Shown piece after piece: positions 21,925 through 33,032 of a DNA stretch of 64,000 nucleotides (position 1 is its first letter; every line of letters begins with the position of its first letter). The notes under the pieces were generated by a model. That model saw only the letters and a program-made list of their open reading frames with translations. It was not told where the DNA came from and made no database searches. The position numbers and the translations under genes are program-made. Source of the stretch: Aureliella sp. (GTDB taxonomy: Bacteria; Planctomycetota; Planctomycetia; Pirellulales; Pirellulaceae); contig OY829846.1 of the NCBI GenBank assembly GCA_963691875.1, positions 768,001-832,000 of the forward strand. The letters run 5' to 3'.

Positions 21925-22282
21925 CGCTGTACTCCTAAAACTTTGCGAATCGGGACTCTTGCCGAACAGTCAAGCAGCCTGAACGACCGCTATGAAGCCT
22001 TGCTAGGTTAGAGTTGCCGGACGGCGCAGTCTGACTTGGCAGTCGTCTGCTCCACCTAGGGGATGTTGCACTTTCCGGGCCAACACTTGGAAGCCGTACC
22101 GAGAACTCCTTCGTTTTGCCCGGAAGAAACTTACCAAGCTTGCCAAATATGCCGAAAACAGGCTTTGAATACGGAAAGATTTTGTCCAAATACCAATCGG
22201 GCCTTGTGGAAAAACACCGTCTTCGATTAAATTCTTCGGTCTAAATTCGTGGGAAGTGCGCGAGATTGCCATTCCTCGGAAA

Positions 22283-22366
<84 letters not shown>

Positions 22367-22467
22367 CTGATAACAACCACTAGTCGCAACGGACTAGCGA
22401 CATTGCAGATCTAGACGTTTGTTGTCTTTGCATTTCAATTCACATTTTGTAGGCTCGGAAATACAAC

Positions 22468-22833
22468 ATGCCAACCATCAATCAGTTGGTTAGACGCAAC
22501 CGTAAGGTGCAGAAGAAGACGACCAAGTCGGTCGTTTTGGACAAATGCCCACAGAAACAAGGCGTTTGTTTGCAAGTTCGTACCATGACGCCCAAGAAGC
22601 CTAACTCGGCTCTGCGTAAGATCACACGTGTACGTCTTTCCAACGGCAAGGAAGTAACAGTTTACATCCCTGGCGAAGGCCACAATCTGCAAGAGCACTC
22701 GATCGTGCTCGTTCGCGGTGGCCGAGTTCGTGACCTGCCTGGTGTGCGTTACCAGGTTGTCCGCGGTGCTCGTGATACGCTTGGCGTCGACGGACGTAAG
22801 CAAGCTCGCAGTCGTTATGGTGCCAAGAAGTAA
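22468..22833 (+). CDS. rpsL: 30S ribosomal protein S12
   Basis: 'MPTINQLVR', '[11 protein letters not shown]', '[13 protein letters not shown]'. Confidence 0.99.
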   Translation: MPTINQLVRRNRKVQKKTTKSVVLDKCPQKQGVCLQVRTMTPKKPNSALRKITRVRLSNGKEVTVYIPGEGHNLQEHSIVLVRGGRVRDLPGVRYQVVRGARDTLGVDGRKQARSRYGAKK

Positions 22834-22858
22834 GCAAGAATAGGAACAGACAAATCTC

Positions 22859-23329
22859 ATGGGTAAGATTACCGCAAGTCGCACCACGCTTCGACCAGAT
22901 CCAAAGCACCAATCGCTGCTGGCTGGCAAGTTCATCAATTGCCTGATGCTCGACGGCAAGAAAAGCACCGCTCAGCGCGTTTTTTACAACGCATTGGACT
23001 ATATCGCTGAAAAGGTAACGGATCGTCCTGCCATCGAAGTTTTCGAAGAAGCGGTTGAGAACGTGAAGCCTTTCATCGAAGTTCGCTCCAAGCGAGTAGG
23101 TGGGGCTTCGTACCAAGTACCGATGCAAGTCAACAAGGCTCGTCAACAGTCGTTGGCAATTCGATGGCTCCTACAAGCTGTCCGTGAAAAGAAGGGTCGG
23201 GCTGTGCACGAGAAGCTAGCCGAAGAACTACTTGCAGCGTTTCGCAAGGAAGGTACCGCCATGTCGCGTCGTGAGAACACTCACCGTATGGCGGACGCCA
23301 ACAAGGCCTTCGCACACTTCGCTTGGTAA
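22859..23329 (+). CDS. rpsG: 30S ribosomal protein S7
   Basis: 'DGKKSTAQ', '[14 protein letters not shown]', '[13 protein letters not shown]'. Confidence 0.99.
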   Translation: MGKITASRTTLRPDPKHQSLLAGKFINCLMLDGKKSTAQRVFYNALDYIAEKVTDRPAIEVFEEAVENVKPFIEVRSKRVGGASYQVPMQVNKARQQSLAIRWLLQAVREKKGRAVHEKLAEELLAAFRKEGTAMSRRENTHRMADANKAFAHFAW

Positions 23330-23345
23330 ACCACCAAAACAATTC

Positions 23346-23383
23346 ATAGCCGCGTTGTCGAATCGGATAGCGCGGCTATTTTT
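23346..23383 (+). terminator. Intrinsic terminator after rpsG
   Basis: 14-bp stem ATAGCCGCGTTGTC / GATAGCGCGGCTAT (with G-U pairs), 6-nt loop, followed by a T run. Confidence 0.75.
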
Positions 23384-23652
23384 ATGCGCTGGCAGATAGG
23401 ACGAACATCCTCATTAGGGAGGAGCATCCTTGCTTGTCATCGCCGCAGCCAACTCCGTCACTCTCCCTCTTGCCTAGCAGGGTTAAGGGAGAGTCGAGCC
23501 GCCACACTCGGAAGGGGTCCTTCGCAGGATACTCCGTCCCCGTCGTTGTGGCTCCGCTACTCCCAGAATTCCTCGCTGGGGTCGGAAAGTGAGGTTGTCC
23601 TGGTGAGCCCTTCACCCGCTTGAAAAAGTTGCTTGACTGAAATGGAAGCATC

Positions 23653-25746
23653 ATGGCTCGTGAACTAGAATCCCTACGAAACATCGGAATCATCGCTCAC
23701 ATCGACGCCGGCAAAACGACGGTGACCGAGCGAATGCTGTACGTCTCTGGCGCGAAGCACAAGGCCGGCGGAGTCGACTCGGGCAATACTGAAACCGATG
23801 ACGACCCCGAAGAGCAAGATCGCGGCATCACGATCTATTCGGCATGTGTGACGTTCAACTGGAAAGACGTCACCATCAACTTGCTGGACACTCCTGGTCA
23901 TGTGGACTTCACAGCTGAAGTCGAGCGCTGCCTTAGAGTCCTCGATGGCGCTGTAGTCGTATTCAGTGGCCGTGAAGGTGTCGAAGCACAAAGTGAGACC
24001 GTCTGGAGACAAGCCGACAAATATAGGGTGCCTCGCATCGTTTTCATCAACAAACTCGACCGAGAAGGTGCAGACTTTTACCGAGTGCTTGACGAAATCG
24101 GCCCACGCTTAAACGCCAAACCCGTCCCCATTCAGATCCCAGTCGGAATGGGACCCGCACACGTCGCCGATCCCTTCGTCGGTGTCATCGACTTGATCGA
24201 GATGAAGATGATTCGCTTCTCCAAGGACGACGATGGGCGGAACGTCGAGACAGAAGAAATTCCAGAAGTCATGCTGGACGAAGCTCAGGTATATCGAGAA
24301 TCGATGCTCGAAGCTCTCTGCGAAATAAACAACGACATGATAGAGTTGTTTATGGAAGAGAAAGAGATTCCAAACGAACTCATTCAGACTGCGTTGCGAG
24401 AAGGCTGCATCACGCGACAGATCCAGCCGCTGGTATGCGGTTCGGCCTTGCACGGAATGGGAGTACAACCGTTGCTCGATGCCGTCGGCGCCTATTTGCC
24501 TTGCCCCCTCGATCGCCCGCCAGTTGTCGGCGTCGATCCGAAGAAGGCAGACAAGGAACTTTCACGCAAGCCCTCCGATAAAGATCCCTTCTGTGCGTTG
24601 GTTTTTAAAATCCTTCCCGCCAAGACAGGCGACTTGTACTGGATTCGCGTCTATTCCGGAACGGTGAAAGCCAACTCGCGAGCCTACAACCCGAATCGCG
24701 AGAAGAAAGAAAACGTCGCTCAACTATGGCAAATCCATGCAACCAAGAAAGAGCGGGAAGGTCAAGTAGAACAACTCCGCTGCGGCGACATCGCTTGTGC
24801 CATCGGCCCGCGACACTCGATCACCGGTGATACGCTTTGCGACACCAAGGACTTCATTCAACTGCCGAGTATTGAGTTCGCTCAAACTGTGATCTCGATG
24901 GCCATTGAGCCTGAAAACACAACCGATCGCAAGAAGTTGTCCGAGGTGCTCGAGATGCTCGAACGCCAGGATCCGACATTCGACGCCGTCGAGAACGAAG
25001 AATCAGGTCAAACGTTGATCAGCGGCATGGGTGAGTTGCATTTGGACGTGATCAAGCACCGATTGACGCGAGACTTTAACCTGAACGTCAAGTTCTACAA
25101 GCCGCGAGTAAACTACCGCGAAACGATTGGCAAAAAAACCACTGTCGAAGGGCAATGCAATCGACAGATTGGCGCAACTCAGATGTTTGCTCGCGTTCAG
25201 TTCGAAATTGAACCACTCCCCGATCCTGCAGCAGACGTGATCGTCCTCGATCGCTTCTTTGGCGATGATGCATTGCCAATTGAACTCAAAGACGCAGTCA
25301 TGGAAGAGCTTCGCGGACGCGCGGTCGGTGGCGGCATGATTGGCAGCTTCCCGCTGTCTGGATTCCGCATCAGTTTGGTCGGCGGCGAAATGCACGAAGT
25401 CGGTTCGGACGAAGTGGCGTTCCGCATTGCGGCCAATGACGGATTCGATGCTGCATTGACCCAAGCCAAGCCAAAATTGCTCGAACCCATCATGCGACTC
25501 GACATTGTTACTCCGGATGACTACGTCGGCGATATTGTCGGAGACCTTCAGCAACGCCGCGCTATCATCGACTCGACCGAGTCGCGGGGCATTATGACGG
25601 GTGTTGTCGCCTTCGCTCCACTCAAGGAGTTGTTCGGTTACTCCTCAGCCATCCGTTCCCTTTCCCAAGGCCGGGCTGGCTGTTCGATGGAGCCTCACGG
25701 ATATCAAGAAGCCCCTGAATCCGACCTTGAAAGCTTTGGATTCTGA
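23653..25746 (+). CDS. fusA: Elongation factor G (divergent)
   Basis: Motifs 'RNIGIIAHIDAGKTT', 'RGITI', 'DTPGHVDF', 'NKLDR' and 'SGMGELHL'. Follows rpsL-rpsG. Confidence 0.95.
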   Translation: MARELESLRNIGIIAHIDAGKTTVTERMLYVSGAKHKAGGVDSGNTETDDDPEEQDRGITIYSACVTFNWKDVTINLLDTPGHVDFTAEVERCLRVLDGAVVVFSGREGVEAQSETVWRQADKYRVPRIVFINKLDREGADFYRVLDEIGPRLNAKPVPIQIPVGMGPAHVADPFVGVIDLIEMKMIRFSKDDDGRNVETEEIPEVMLDEAQVYRESMLEALCEINNDMIELFMEEKEIPNELIQTALREGCITRQIQPLVCGSALHGMGVQPLLDAVGAYLPCPLDRPPVVGVDPKKADKELSRKPSDKDPFCALVFKILPAKTGDLYWIRVYSGTVKANSRAYNPNREKKENVAQLWQIHATKKEREGQVEQLRCGDIACAIGPRHSITGDTLCDTKDFIQLPSIEFAQTVISMAIEPENTTDRKKLSEVLEMLERQDPTFDAVENEESGQTLISGMGELHLDVIKHRLTRDFNLNVKFYKPRVNYRETIGKKTTVEGQCNRQIGATQMFARVQFEIEPLPDPAADVIVLDRFFGDDALPIELKDAVMEELRGRAVGGGMIGSFPLSGFRISLVGGEMHEVGSDEVAFRIAANDGFDAALTQAKPKLLEPIMRLDIVTPDDYVGDIVGDLQQRRAIIDSTESRGIMTGVVAFAPLKELFGYSSAIRSLSQGRAGCSMEPHGYQEAPESDLESFGF

Positions 25747-25759
25747 TTGAAGCGTCTTG

Positions 25760-25980
25760 AATTGAGCCCAATGGCCTCAGCCTCAGTTCCAGGTAGTAAG
25801 ATTAGCGCAAGCTGACACTATCGATCTAGACAGCTTCTGTGAAACGGTACCGAGAGTCACGCAGTTCCGTGATTGGCTCCGAAGCTGACGCTCTGCGGCT
25901 AAAGAAGTCAAGAGAGCCAAAGCAAGCCCCCGCCTCCGGCTAAGCTTTGCACAGCTCCGCTTGGCGATCGGCTAAAGTAA
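25760..25980. repeat. Degenerate planctomycete REP-like palindromic units (...GAGCC / ...CGGCTAA ends)
   Basis: Several imperfect units ending 'CGGCTAA' (e.g. GCTGACGCTCTGCGGCTAA, GCGATCGGCTAA). Similar degenerate units lie near 21130-21175, 41915-41985 and 60290-60340. Confidence 0.4.
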
Positions 25981-26049
25981 ACACGACCGTTTTCGATTCC
26001 CTCGAGCGTTGAGGCTCGACTCGCTCCCCCCAGACTCTGCTCTCAGATC

Positions 26050-26544
26050 ATGACAACATACCAGCATCGTTTTGACAACGTCACCGATTATCTTCATCAC
26101 CGCGCACCCTACTTGATGGTGGACCAAATTGTCTCGATCAGTTCAAAGGAAGTAGTAACCGAGAAGAAACTCACAGGTGAAGAGTTCTTTTTCCCTGGGC
26201 ACTTTCCTGGAGCTCAAGTCCTCCCAGGCGCAATGATGCAAGAAATGACCACGCAGTCGGCCGGTATCTTGATTGCTGCGGAATACAATCCGATGCAAGA
26301 GTACAACACCCACGATCCTCACTTTAACGAATATGCTTTGGGCGTGCTTGTAAAGGTAAAACGAGCCCGGTATCGGGGCTTTGCACGACCAGGAGACCTG
26401 CTAACGGCGACCGTGACTTTGGAGGAGATTATTGGCGACGTCTACGAGTTCAGTGCTCGAATCGTATCGGGCGAACAGCGACTGACGGAGAATCGCTTTC
26501 AGCTCTCCAACATCAAGTCCACCGTGCTCAGCGGCGTTGCGTAG
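26050..26544 (+). CDS. FabZ-family 3-hydroxyacyl-ACP dehydratase (hotdog fold)
   Basis: 'LHHRAPYLMVD', catalytic His/Glu motif 'FFPGHFPGAQVLPGAMMQE' and 'ARPGDLL'. Confidence 0.88.
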   Translation: MTTYQHRFDNVTDYLHHRAPYLMVDQIVSISSKEVVTEKKLTGEEFFFPGHFPGAQVLPGAMMQEMTTQSAGILIAAEYNPMQEYNTHDPHFNEYALGVLVKVKRARYRGFARPGDLLTATVTLEEIIGDVYEFSARIVSGEQRLTENRFQLSNIKSTVLSGVA

Positions 26545-26807
26545 CAGTCGACCGGCTGCAAGTGAAATAGATTTACAGTTTTTAGATCTCAGCCGATTGG
26601 AGTTAGCCAAGGCTCTAGGCAAGTGCAGCATCACGTCACATTGGTGCTTCCTTCGGGACAAATACCATGTAGCACACAACCGGCTCACGATCCGATCCTC
26701 GTGACCAGCCTTTTCTGCTAGTAGAAACGATGCTATCGCTCTGCATCTGAAAGAGGGTGGACAATGGTCTCTATTGTCTGTCGGTCCCGGTATGACGGCT
26801 GGCATAA

Positions 26808-26845
26808 CAGAGTTGCCCAAAGTCTTCAGAGTTGCCCAAAGTCTT
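26808..26845 (+). repeat. Perfect 19-bp tandem direct repeat (CAGAGTTGCCCAAAGTCTT x2)
   Basis: Read directly from the sequence at 26808-26826 and 26827-26845. Confidence 0.9.
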
Positions 26846-26997
26846 GACAACGCTCGAGACAAACGCGTTCTTAACACAGGAAAGGGTGTCTTGTCTAGCA
26901 AACAGCTCAATACAAACTCCACTAACCGAATCTAGAAACTTGCTCTGAAAACAAGCACCGGCTATCGGAACAACCTATCTGGTAGGGGGGTGGCTAG

Positions 26998-27026
26998 TTG
27001 CGGGCGGATGAGGTGGCCGCTACATT
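26998..27026 (+). promoter_or_regulatory. Sigma70-like promoter for the ncRNA / rny region
   Basis: TTGCGG - 17 nt - TACATT. Confidence 0.5.
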
Positions 27027-27049
27027 GAAGATTAACTTTGGGAAAGTTC

Positions 27050-27220
27050 TGTGAAGAATCGAATCAATCGGTTCAGGCTTGCTCAGAGTTTGCTCTTCTG
27101 ATCAACGGCTCATTCTCTTGATCGGTGCCTGGGCTTTCGGAGTCCGCACGCGGAAGGGCTACCCTACTACTCGCGAAAATACAATCGCGGTGCTGCAAGA
27201 AGCGATCCGATCTTCTTTTG
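27050..27220 (+). ncRNA. ssrS: 6S RNA-like ncRNA candidate
   Basis: About 165-nt rod: closing stem GAAGAATCGAATC/GATCCGATCTTC plus CTTGC/GCAAG, a central bubble, inner stem GGCTCATTC/GAAGGGCT, and an apical GTGC..TTCG..GCAC hairpin. Lies upstream of rny-ymdB, a common 6S neighbourhood. Confidence 0.55.
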
Positions 27221-27670
27221 ACAACAAGTTTTTGTTTACTCCTCTTTTTGCGTTCTGGGCATGGTCTTGCTGTGGATCAGTTTACTCCTGAGAGCACTTT
27301 GCTTGCTTTGGATGGAGAATCTGCCACGCGATCGAACGTTATTCGATGAGGCCGAAAAATCTGGCTCTCGAAATTGCCAAACTCTCTTCGCAAGAAGCCA
27401 AGACCGTGCGGCTTTCTCCACTCGTAGTCACGCGTTTCAGAACGAGGGTGACGCCGATGGGGTAGAGGAACTGCCACGATGCCAGACCGTCTTACCGTCC
27501 AATTTGGGTAAAACCGACTTCAAAAGGCCATTCAAGCAGGAAGTGGACACACGACCTCGCTTGGCCAACCAAGTGAAGTCTGACTTGTTGTTTCTAACGA
27601 AAGACTTTTTACCGGAAAGCGCTTTCCCGCGGATAGCATCGCGTTACTATCCCCTCGAAAGGTTCTCCCC

Positions 27671-29287
27671 GTGTTTCAATTCATCGATCAGCTCGACTTA
27701 GTTCGGGCCACATCTTCTTACTTGCTGCTCGGCCAAGATAGCGGTGTCGTGCCAGTCATCGCTGGTGTTGGCGGCTTGGCAGTTGGCGCAGGCGCTATTT
27801 TGCTGATGAACCAGATGCGAGCCAAGGACCTAAAGGCCCAAGCTCAAGCGGTTCTCGACAAAGCTGCGGCTGAATCAGAGAACATCAAGAAGTCCGCTGA
27901 GCTCGCAGCCAAGGAAGAGTCGCTCAAGCAGCAAAAGGAAGTGGAGAAGGAAGCCAACAAGCTTCGCAATTCGATTCAGAAGAAAGAATCGCAGCTTGAG
28001 CGCCGCGAAGAGCAGCTGAATCAAACTGCCGACGACTTCAAAAAGCAAGAGAAAATGGTTGAGGCAAGCCAACGGCGCCTGACCGAGAAGATGCAGGAGA
28101 ATAGCAAACGTTCTGAACAATTGCAGTCATTGATCACCAAGCAGACGAACGAGCTACAAAAAGTCAGCGGGATGAAACGTGACGAGGCCAAGGAACGCAT
28201 GCTTGAGCTACTTCGCGATGAACTCGATCAAGAGGTCGGTAACGAAATCCTCAAGCATGAGCGACGCATCGCCGAAGTCGCAGAGGAGAAAGCTCGCGAC
28301 ATCATCCTTACTTCGATGCAACGTTATGCGTCACAATATACTTCCGACAGTACAACTAGCACTGTGGACATCCCGAGCGACGAGATGAAAGGTCGCATCA
28401 TTGGTCGAGAAGGTCGGAACATCCGTGCCTTTGAGAAGGCCACGGGAATCGATGTCATCATCGATGACACTCCGGGTGTAGTGATCGTCAGTGGCTTTGA
28501 TCCGGTTCGCCGCGAAGTCGCTAGGCAATCGCTCGACAAATTGATCTCCGACGGCCGCATCCATCCATCACGAATCGAAGAGATTGTGGCTGAGACGGAA
28601 AAGGAGATCGAGAAGTACATCATTCGAAAAGGCCAAGAAGCGGTGGAAGAAGTCAACATAGGCGGCGTGCACAAAAAAATCGTCTACATGCTCGGCCGTT
28701 TGCACTTCCGAACGAGCTTCAGCCAGAACGTACTTCGGCATAGTATCGAAGTCGCTTTTCTTTCGGGATTGATGGCGGAGATGACTGGCTTGGATCCAGA
28801 GTTGGCTCGTCGAAGCGGATTGCTTCACGACATTGGAAAAGCTGCGGACCACGAGCTCGAGGGCGGTCACCCGAAGATCGGTGCCGACTTGCTAAAGCGT
28901 CACGGCGAGAATGAGACAGTCGTTCACGCGGCTCTAGGCCACCACGATCAACTCACCACCGACTACCCCTACACCCTGCTGGTAGCAACCGCCGACGCTT
29001 GCAGTGCATCCCGCCCTGGTGCCCGACGTGAATCACTGGAACGCTACATCAAACGCATGGAAGAGCTCGAGTCGATTGCCACCGACTTTGGCGGAGTCGA
29101 GCAAGCGTTTGCGATTCAAGCTGGGCGCGAACTACGCGTCATCGTAAGCGCTCATGACACCGATGACTCCAAGGCGGCCAAGATTTGCCGGGATATTGCG
29201 AAGGCGTTCGAGCAGCAATTGACTTATCCAGGTGAGATTAAAGTGACCGTGGTGCGTGAGTCACGTTTCGTCGAGGTAGCTCGGTGA
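27671..29287 (+). CDS. rny: Ribonuclease Y
   Basis: N-terminal TM and coiled coil, KH domain '[14 protein letters not shown]', HD domain 'LLHDIGKA', and '[10 protein letters not shown]'. Confidence 0.97.
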   Translation: MFQFIDQLDLVRATSSYLLLGQDSGVVPVIAGVGGLAVGAGAILLMNQMRAKDLKAQAQAVLDKAAAESENIKKSAELAAKEESLKQQKEVEKEANKLRNSIQKKESQLERREEQLNQTADDFKKQEKMVEASQRRLTEKMQENSKRSEQLQSLITKQTNELQKVSGMKRDEAKERMLELLRDELDQEVGNEILKHERRIAEVAEEKARDIILTSMQRYASQYTSDSTTSTVDIPSDEMKGRIIGREGRNIRAFEKATGIDVIIDDTPGVVIVSGFDPVRREVARQSLDKLISDGRIHPSRIEEIVAETEKEIEKYIIRKGQEAVEEVNIGGVHKKIVYMLGRLHFRTSFSQNVLRHSIEVAFLSGLMAEMTGLDPELARRSGLLHDIGKAADHELEGGHPKIGADLLKRHGENETVVHAALGHHDQLTTDYPYTLLVATADACSASRPGARRESLERYIKRMEELESIATDFGGVEQAFAIQAGRELRVIVSAHDTDDSKAAKICRDIAKAFEQQLTYPGEIKVTVVRESRFVEVAR

Positions 29288-30156
29288 TCGAACCTGCGAT
29301 CCTCCCTCCAGTTGACGAAAACGCGGTGCGTGTTGCCTTCATCGGCGACGTCGTCGGAAAACCTGGAATGCGGATTGTCTGCTCGACCGTTCCTTGGCTG
29401 CGACGCGAACAAGGCGTGCAGTGTGTGATTGCCAACGCAGAGAATGCTGCAGACGGCTCAGGGCTGCGTTGCAAAGATTATCGAAGGTTGGTCGAACATG
29501 GTGTCGACGGTATCACGCTCGGCGATCATGTGTTTCGCAAGAAAGAGATCATCGGTGCACTTGAGTCCGAATCCAACTTGATCCGTCCGGCCAATTTACC
29601 GTCAGAAGCACCCGGTGCTTCACACATGATTCTGGAAGTGGATGAAGAAACCAAAATCGCCATTTTCAGCGCGTTGGGTCGCGTCTTCATGAAACCGGTC
29701 GACTGCCCCTTTCACGCAATCGATCGCCAGTTGGAAGAAACGGTGGGTGTGACACCGATACAGATTGTGGATTTTCACGCTGAAGCAACGAGCGACATGC
29801 AGATCATGGGGCGTTATCTGGATGGTCGTGTTTCAGCCGTTCTGGGGACTCATACGCATGTAGCCACTGCGGATGACTGCATTCTCCCTGGTGGAACTGC
29901 CTTCCAGAGTGACGTCGGAATGACCGGGCCATTTGAAAGCATCTTGGGCCGGAAGATCGATGCGGTGCTAGAGGCCACCCTCAAATCTTTGCCTACCCCA
30001 TTCCAAGTGGCAACTGCCGATATTCGATTGAACGCAACAGTCCTCGACCTCGAGCGCGGCACGGGCAAGTGCCGCAGTATCGAACGCATAGAAGTTCGCG
30101 AAGACTACATCCTGGCCTATCAGGAAAGACTAGAAGCGTCGAAGAAAGTCCTGTGA
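29284..30156 (+). CDS. ymdB: YmdB-family metallophosphoesterase (TIGR00282)
   Basis: Motifs '[10 protein letters not shown]', 'NAENAA', 'VDFHAEATS', 'GTHTHV' and 'DVGMTGP'. GTGA overlap with rny. Confidence 0.93.
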   Translation: MIEPAILPPVDENAVRVAFIGDVVGKPGMRIVCSTVPWLRREQGVQCVIANAENAADGSGLRCKDYRRLVEHGVDGITLGDHVFRKKEIIGALESESNLIRPANLPSEAPGASHMILEVDEETKIAIFSALGRVFMKPVDCPFHAIDRQLEETVGVTPIQIVDFHAEATSDMQIMGRYLDGRVSAVLGTHTHVATADDCILPGGTAFQSDVGMTGPFESILGRKIDAVLEATLKSLPTPFQVATADIRLNATVLDLERGTGKCRSIERIEVREDYILAYQERLEASKKVL

Positions 30157-30635
30157 ATTCATCGACGCCCACAGCTTCAAAATCGCCACTCTCGGATCCA
30201 GTAAACAGCCAGTCCGGATTCGCTGTGAATCGTCTCAGCTGGTGGATCCGTTTAAGCTGTGTCCTTGCCGTGGTGCTCAATTCAGGACTTTTAGTCACAG
30301 CACGCACCCTAACTCCATCGCACCAGGGATTGGGCACTCACCAGCAATTAGGCTTACCACCCTGCACTTCTATTCTCCTTTTTCAGATGCCCTGCCCAGC
30401 CTGCGGCATGACAACCTCTTGGGCTCATTTGCTGCGCGGCCATGTTTTGGATGCATTTCGAGTGAACGCGGGCGGCACGCTGCTAGCAATGATTGCGATT
30501 GGCTATCTGCCGTTCGGCTGCTATTTTGCCTTCACCGGAAAGGGGACACGAAGAGAATCTTTTTCTCTGATTCTCGGCGCTTCGCTTTTGCTCGCTATCT
30601 GCATTGCGACCGCACAGTGGCTAATTCGGCTATAG
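30153..30635 (+). CDS. DUF2752 domain membrane protein
   Basis: 'GTHQQLGLPPC...PCPACGMTTSW'. GTGA overlap with the ymdB stop. Confidence 0.85.
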   Translation: MNSSTPTASKSPLSDPVNSQSGFAVNRLSWWIRLSCVLAVVLNSGLLVTARTLTPSHQGLGTHQQLGLPPCTSILLFQMPCPACGMTTSWAHLLRGHVLDAFRVNAGGTLLAMIAIGYLPFGCYFAFTGKGTRRESFSLILGASLLLAICIATAQWLIRL

Positions 30636-31305
30636 GAAACCTTGGGGCGAAGCCTGGCTCAATGCTCCAAGCATAAATCTTCTGCATAATGACGCATGAC
30701 TGATCCGAGCAGTGATGGGAGCGAAAGGTATCCTATGTCATCGAGTCGAAAATGAATGACGACCTTGCCAAATGCCAACCACCCTGCATCACCGGTGAAA
30801 AGCGTCAATGAGTGACGTGACGGCACGAACCGCCATCACCACGGTCGTCTCGTTCAAGCCATATCTCGCTCTTGCTTGGCGACAATCCAATCGCGGATTC
30901 ATTCGTCTGAAGCCAGGAATACCAATTGTTGGAGGAGTCAGCAAAACCGATGAAGCCAGTTTCCGGAGTCAGTTCGACATCGTCTGCGCTGAAGGTGACT
31001 GTCTCTTGCGGTCAACTTGGGAAACTAACGAATGTTTGTTTCTTCAACACTCCTCACTAATTCGGGAAGCCTTTGGATAGACGGCAATCATATCGAGGTG
31101 GATAGGTATGCAATAGCTTGCGCTCACCGCGTACTGTTTCTGCACGATATCACAAATACACAAATTGCTATCAAAGAACGAGCTAGCGAAAGGCAAATTA
31201 AGCTGCTAAGAGTTCTCTGACACGAGACACTGTGCCCAAGAGGGGGTGAGCCAGCTCGTGACTGTCGAATCAAATATTATCACCGAAAGGGCCTGAGGCT
31301 TTCCT

Positions 31306-31968
31306 ATGAACAGCAAACTACGCTGCTACTCTTTAAGTACACTTGCTACCTTGCTGCTCATCTCATGTATCGCTTTCTCCTCTGGATGTATCAACCTTGC
31401 AGCCAACATGATCCACGCGATCCAGGGCAACATGGTGCCAGCTGAGTTTGACGGCCTTTCTGGCAAACGTGTGGCTATCGTGTGCCGCACAGATGAGGGC
31501 CTTAAATCGAGTGCCACAAACACCATCCTGCACAACAATCTTCAAGCAGCTTTGGCCATGCACCTCGAAGACGTCAAACTCGTTCGGCGATCTCAGTTAG
31601 AAAAATGGTACGCACAGAATCCAGAGGACAGATACGACTACTACAAAGTCGGTGAAGGTGTTGACGCGGATCTGGTTGTTGCGGTGGAGATCTCGAATCT
31701 TAAGCTGAAGAATGGACAGACACTTTATCGTGGAGTTTCCGACATCAGCGTCAAGGTGCTGGACATGGAGCGTGAAGTACTTTTATTCCACAAACAGATG
31801 CCTGAGATCTCTTTTCCTAACTCAACAGGCAAACCGATTACCGATACGAGCGAAAACAAGTTTCGCCAGTTCTATCTTGCTTACGTGACTCGAAAGATCG
31901 GAGCTTTGTTCTATCCCGTCGACGCTCATGCCGATTACGCAATCGATGCCACGATGAGCAGCTTCTAA
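31306..31968 (+). CDS. Hypothetical lipoprotein (planctomycete-type)
   Basis: Lipobox-like 'SSGC' after a hydrophobic signal, followed by 'PAEFDGL.GKRVAIV'. Confidence 0.75.
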   Translation: MNSKLRCYSLSTLATLLLISCIAFSSGCINLAANMIHAIQGNMVPAEFDGLSGKRVAIVCRTDEGLKSSATNTILHNNLQAALAMHLEDVKLVRRSQLEKWYAQNPEDRYDYYKVGEGVDADLVVAVEISNLKLKNGQTLYRGVSDISVKVLDMEREVLLFHKQMPEISFPNSTGKPITDTSENKFRQFYLAYVTRKIGALFYPVDAHADYAIDATMSSF

Positions 31969-32332
31969 GCTGAAGTCGACGACAGCTTGCATAGCGATCC
32001 CAATATCGCCTACCAATCTGCCGGACTTTGTACCTCTTCCGAAACATACTGGAATCTTACAACCAACTGTTTCTGCAACGTCAAAGAGCAGTGCCCTGGT
32101 GATCGCTTGCTGATCGGGAGGACTCACACGCTTGAGCGTCGTGCTGATATTTCCGCAACCTGCCCTTTCTAGCAGGATTCGTTTTTTCGAAATATTGCTC
32201 GTAGACTGCCGGTCGCTTCGATCTATCTCGTTCGGCTAATCTCCGACCAGAGCCACCACCTACGCACTCGTGGATGCATCGCGACGACATTTTCATGCGC
32301 GACTGCGGAGTTCAGACACGGTTCACTCTGAA

Positions 32333-33019
32333 ATGAAGCCTTCTCGGCAGTCGCGTTTCCGATGGCTGCGAGGCGTTTCTAAGTCTCGCTTTGTCCTGTT
32401 TCTCGAATATTGGAAAAACGTTCTGTGTGGTCTAGTTCCGGTCAATCGAGACTTCACGCCAGCGGAAGACGGTATCGAGATCTTTGTTATTTAGTCTGGA
32501 GTCCGAGCGGTAATCGTTCTTCCAGTCTCAACATCAACCGTCAATTGTCACAACAAGTTGGGAGCCTTCTTCTATCGCCGCGACATTCCGAGTGCATCGC
32601 GTGTCCTGATAGGATGGGGCGACAGAGGCTTCTTCCTCGAAACGGAATCTGGTACGACCTGAAGCTATCGACTGCAGCCAGCGCACTACGTTGGCACTCT
32701 ATCAGCTGTATCCTCGTGACTTTTACAGATCCGCGGTATTATTCCGATGCAACTTCCGTCAAGATTTACAAGGAACAGTACGAGCAATTGGTAGCGTTCA
32801 TCGAGCAAGCATTTACGCAGAATGATGAATCATTGCAGAGACCAATCGAAGGCTATGCACACACGAAGACTGGCGCTTTTTTCAAGCGAAAGGAAACTAC
32901 CACTCGCTAAATACTTGCGAGACTTGGGTCGGCCGAGCACTACGATCGGCAGGAATGGAAGTGCTTTGGTTCGCGCTTTTGCCCAGCACATAAACTCTGC
33001 ACTTTCCATTTGTAAATGA
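32333..33019 (+). pseudogene. DUF2459 / TIGR02117-family pseudogene
   Basis: Fragments in different frames: 'GLVPVNRDFTPAEDGIEIFVI*', 'IGWGDRGFFLET', 'LKLSTAASAL', 'EQYEQLVAFI' and 'GNYHSLNTCETWVGRALRSAG'. Confidence 0.75.
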
Positions 33020-33032
33020 GCGACAGAGCCTA

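Noticed and set aside
27261..27701. 146-aa ORF between the 6S-like RNA and rny
   Set aside because: No recognisable motifs (not ZapA or 5-formyl-THF cyclo-ligase), and it overlaps the rny start; probably spurious.
30680..31260. Short ORFs in a 600-bp intergenic stretch
   Set aside because: No recognisable family. Possibly decayed DNA, but unsupported.
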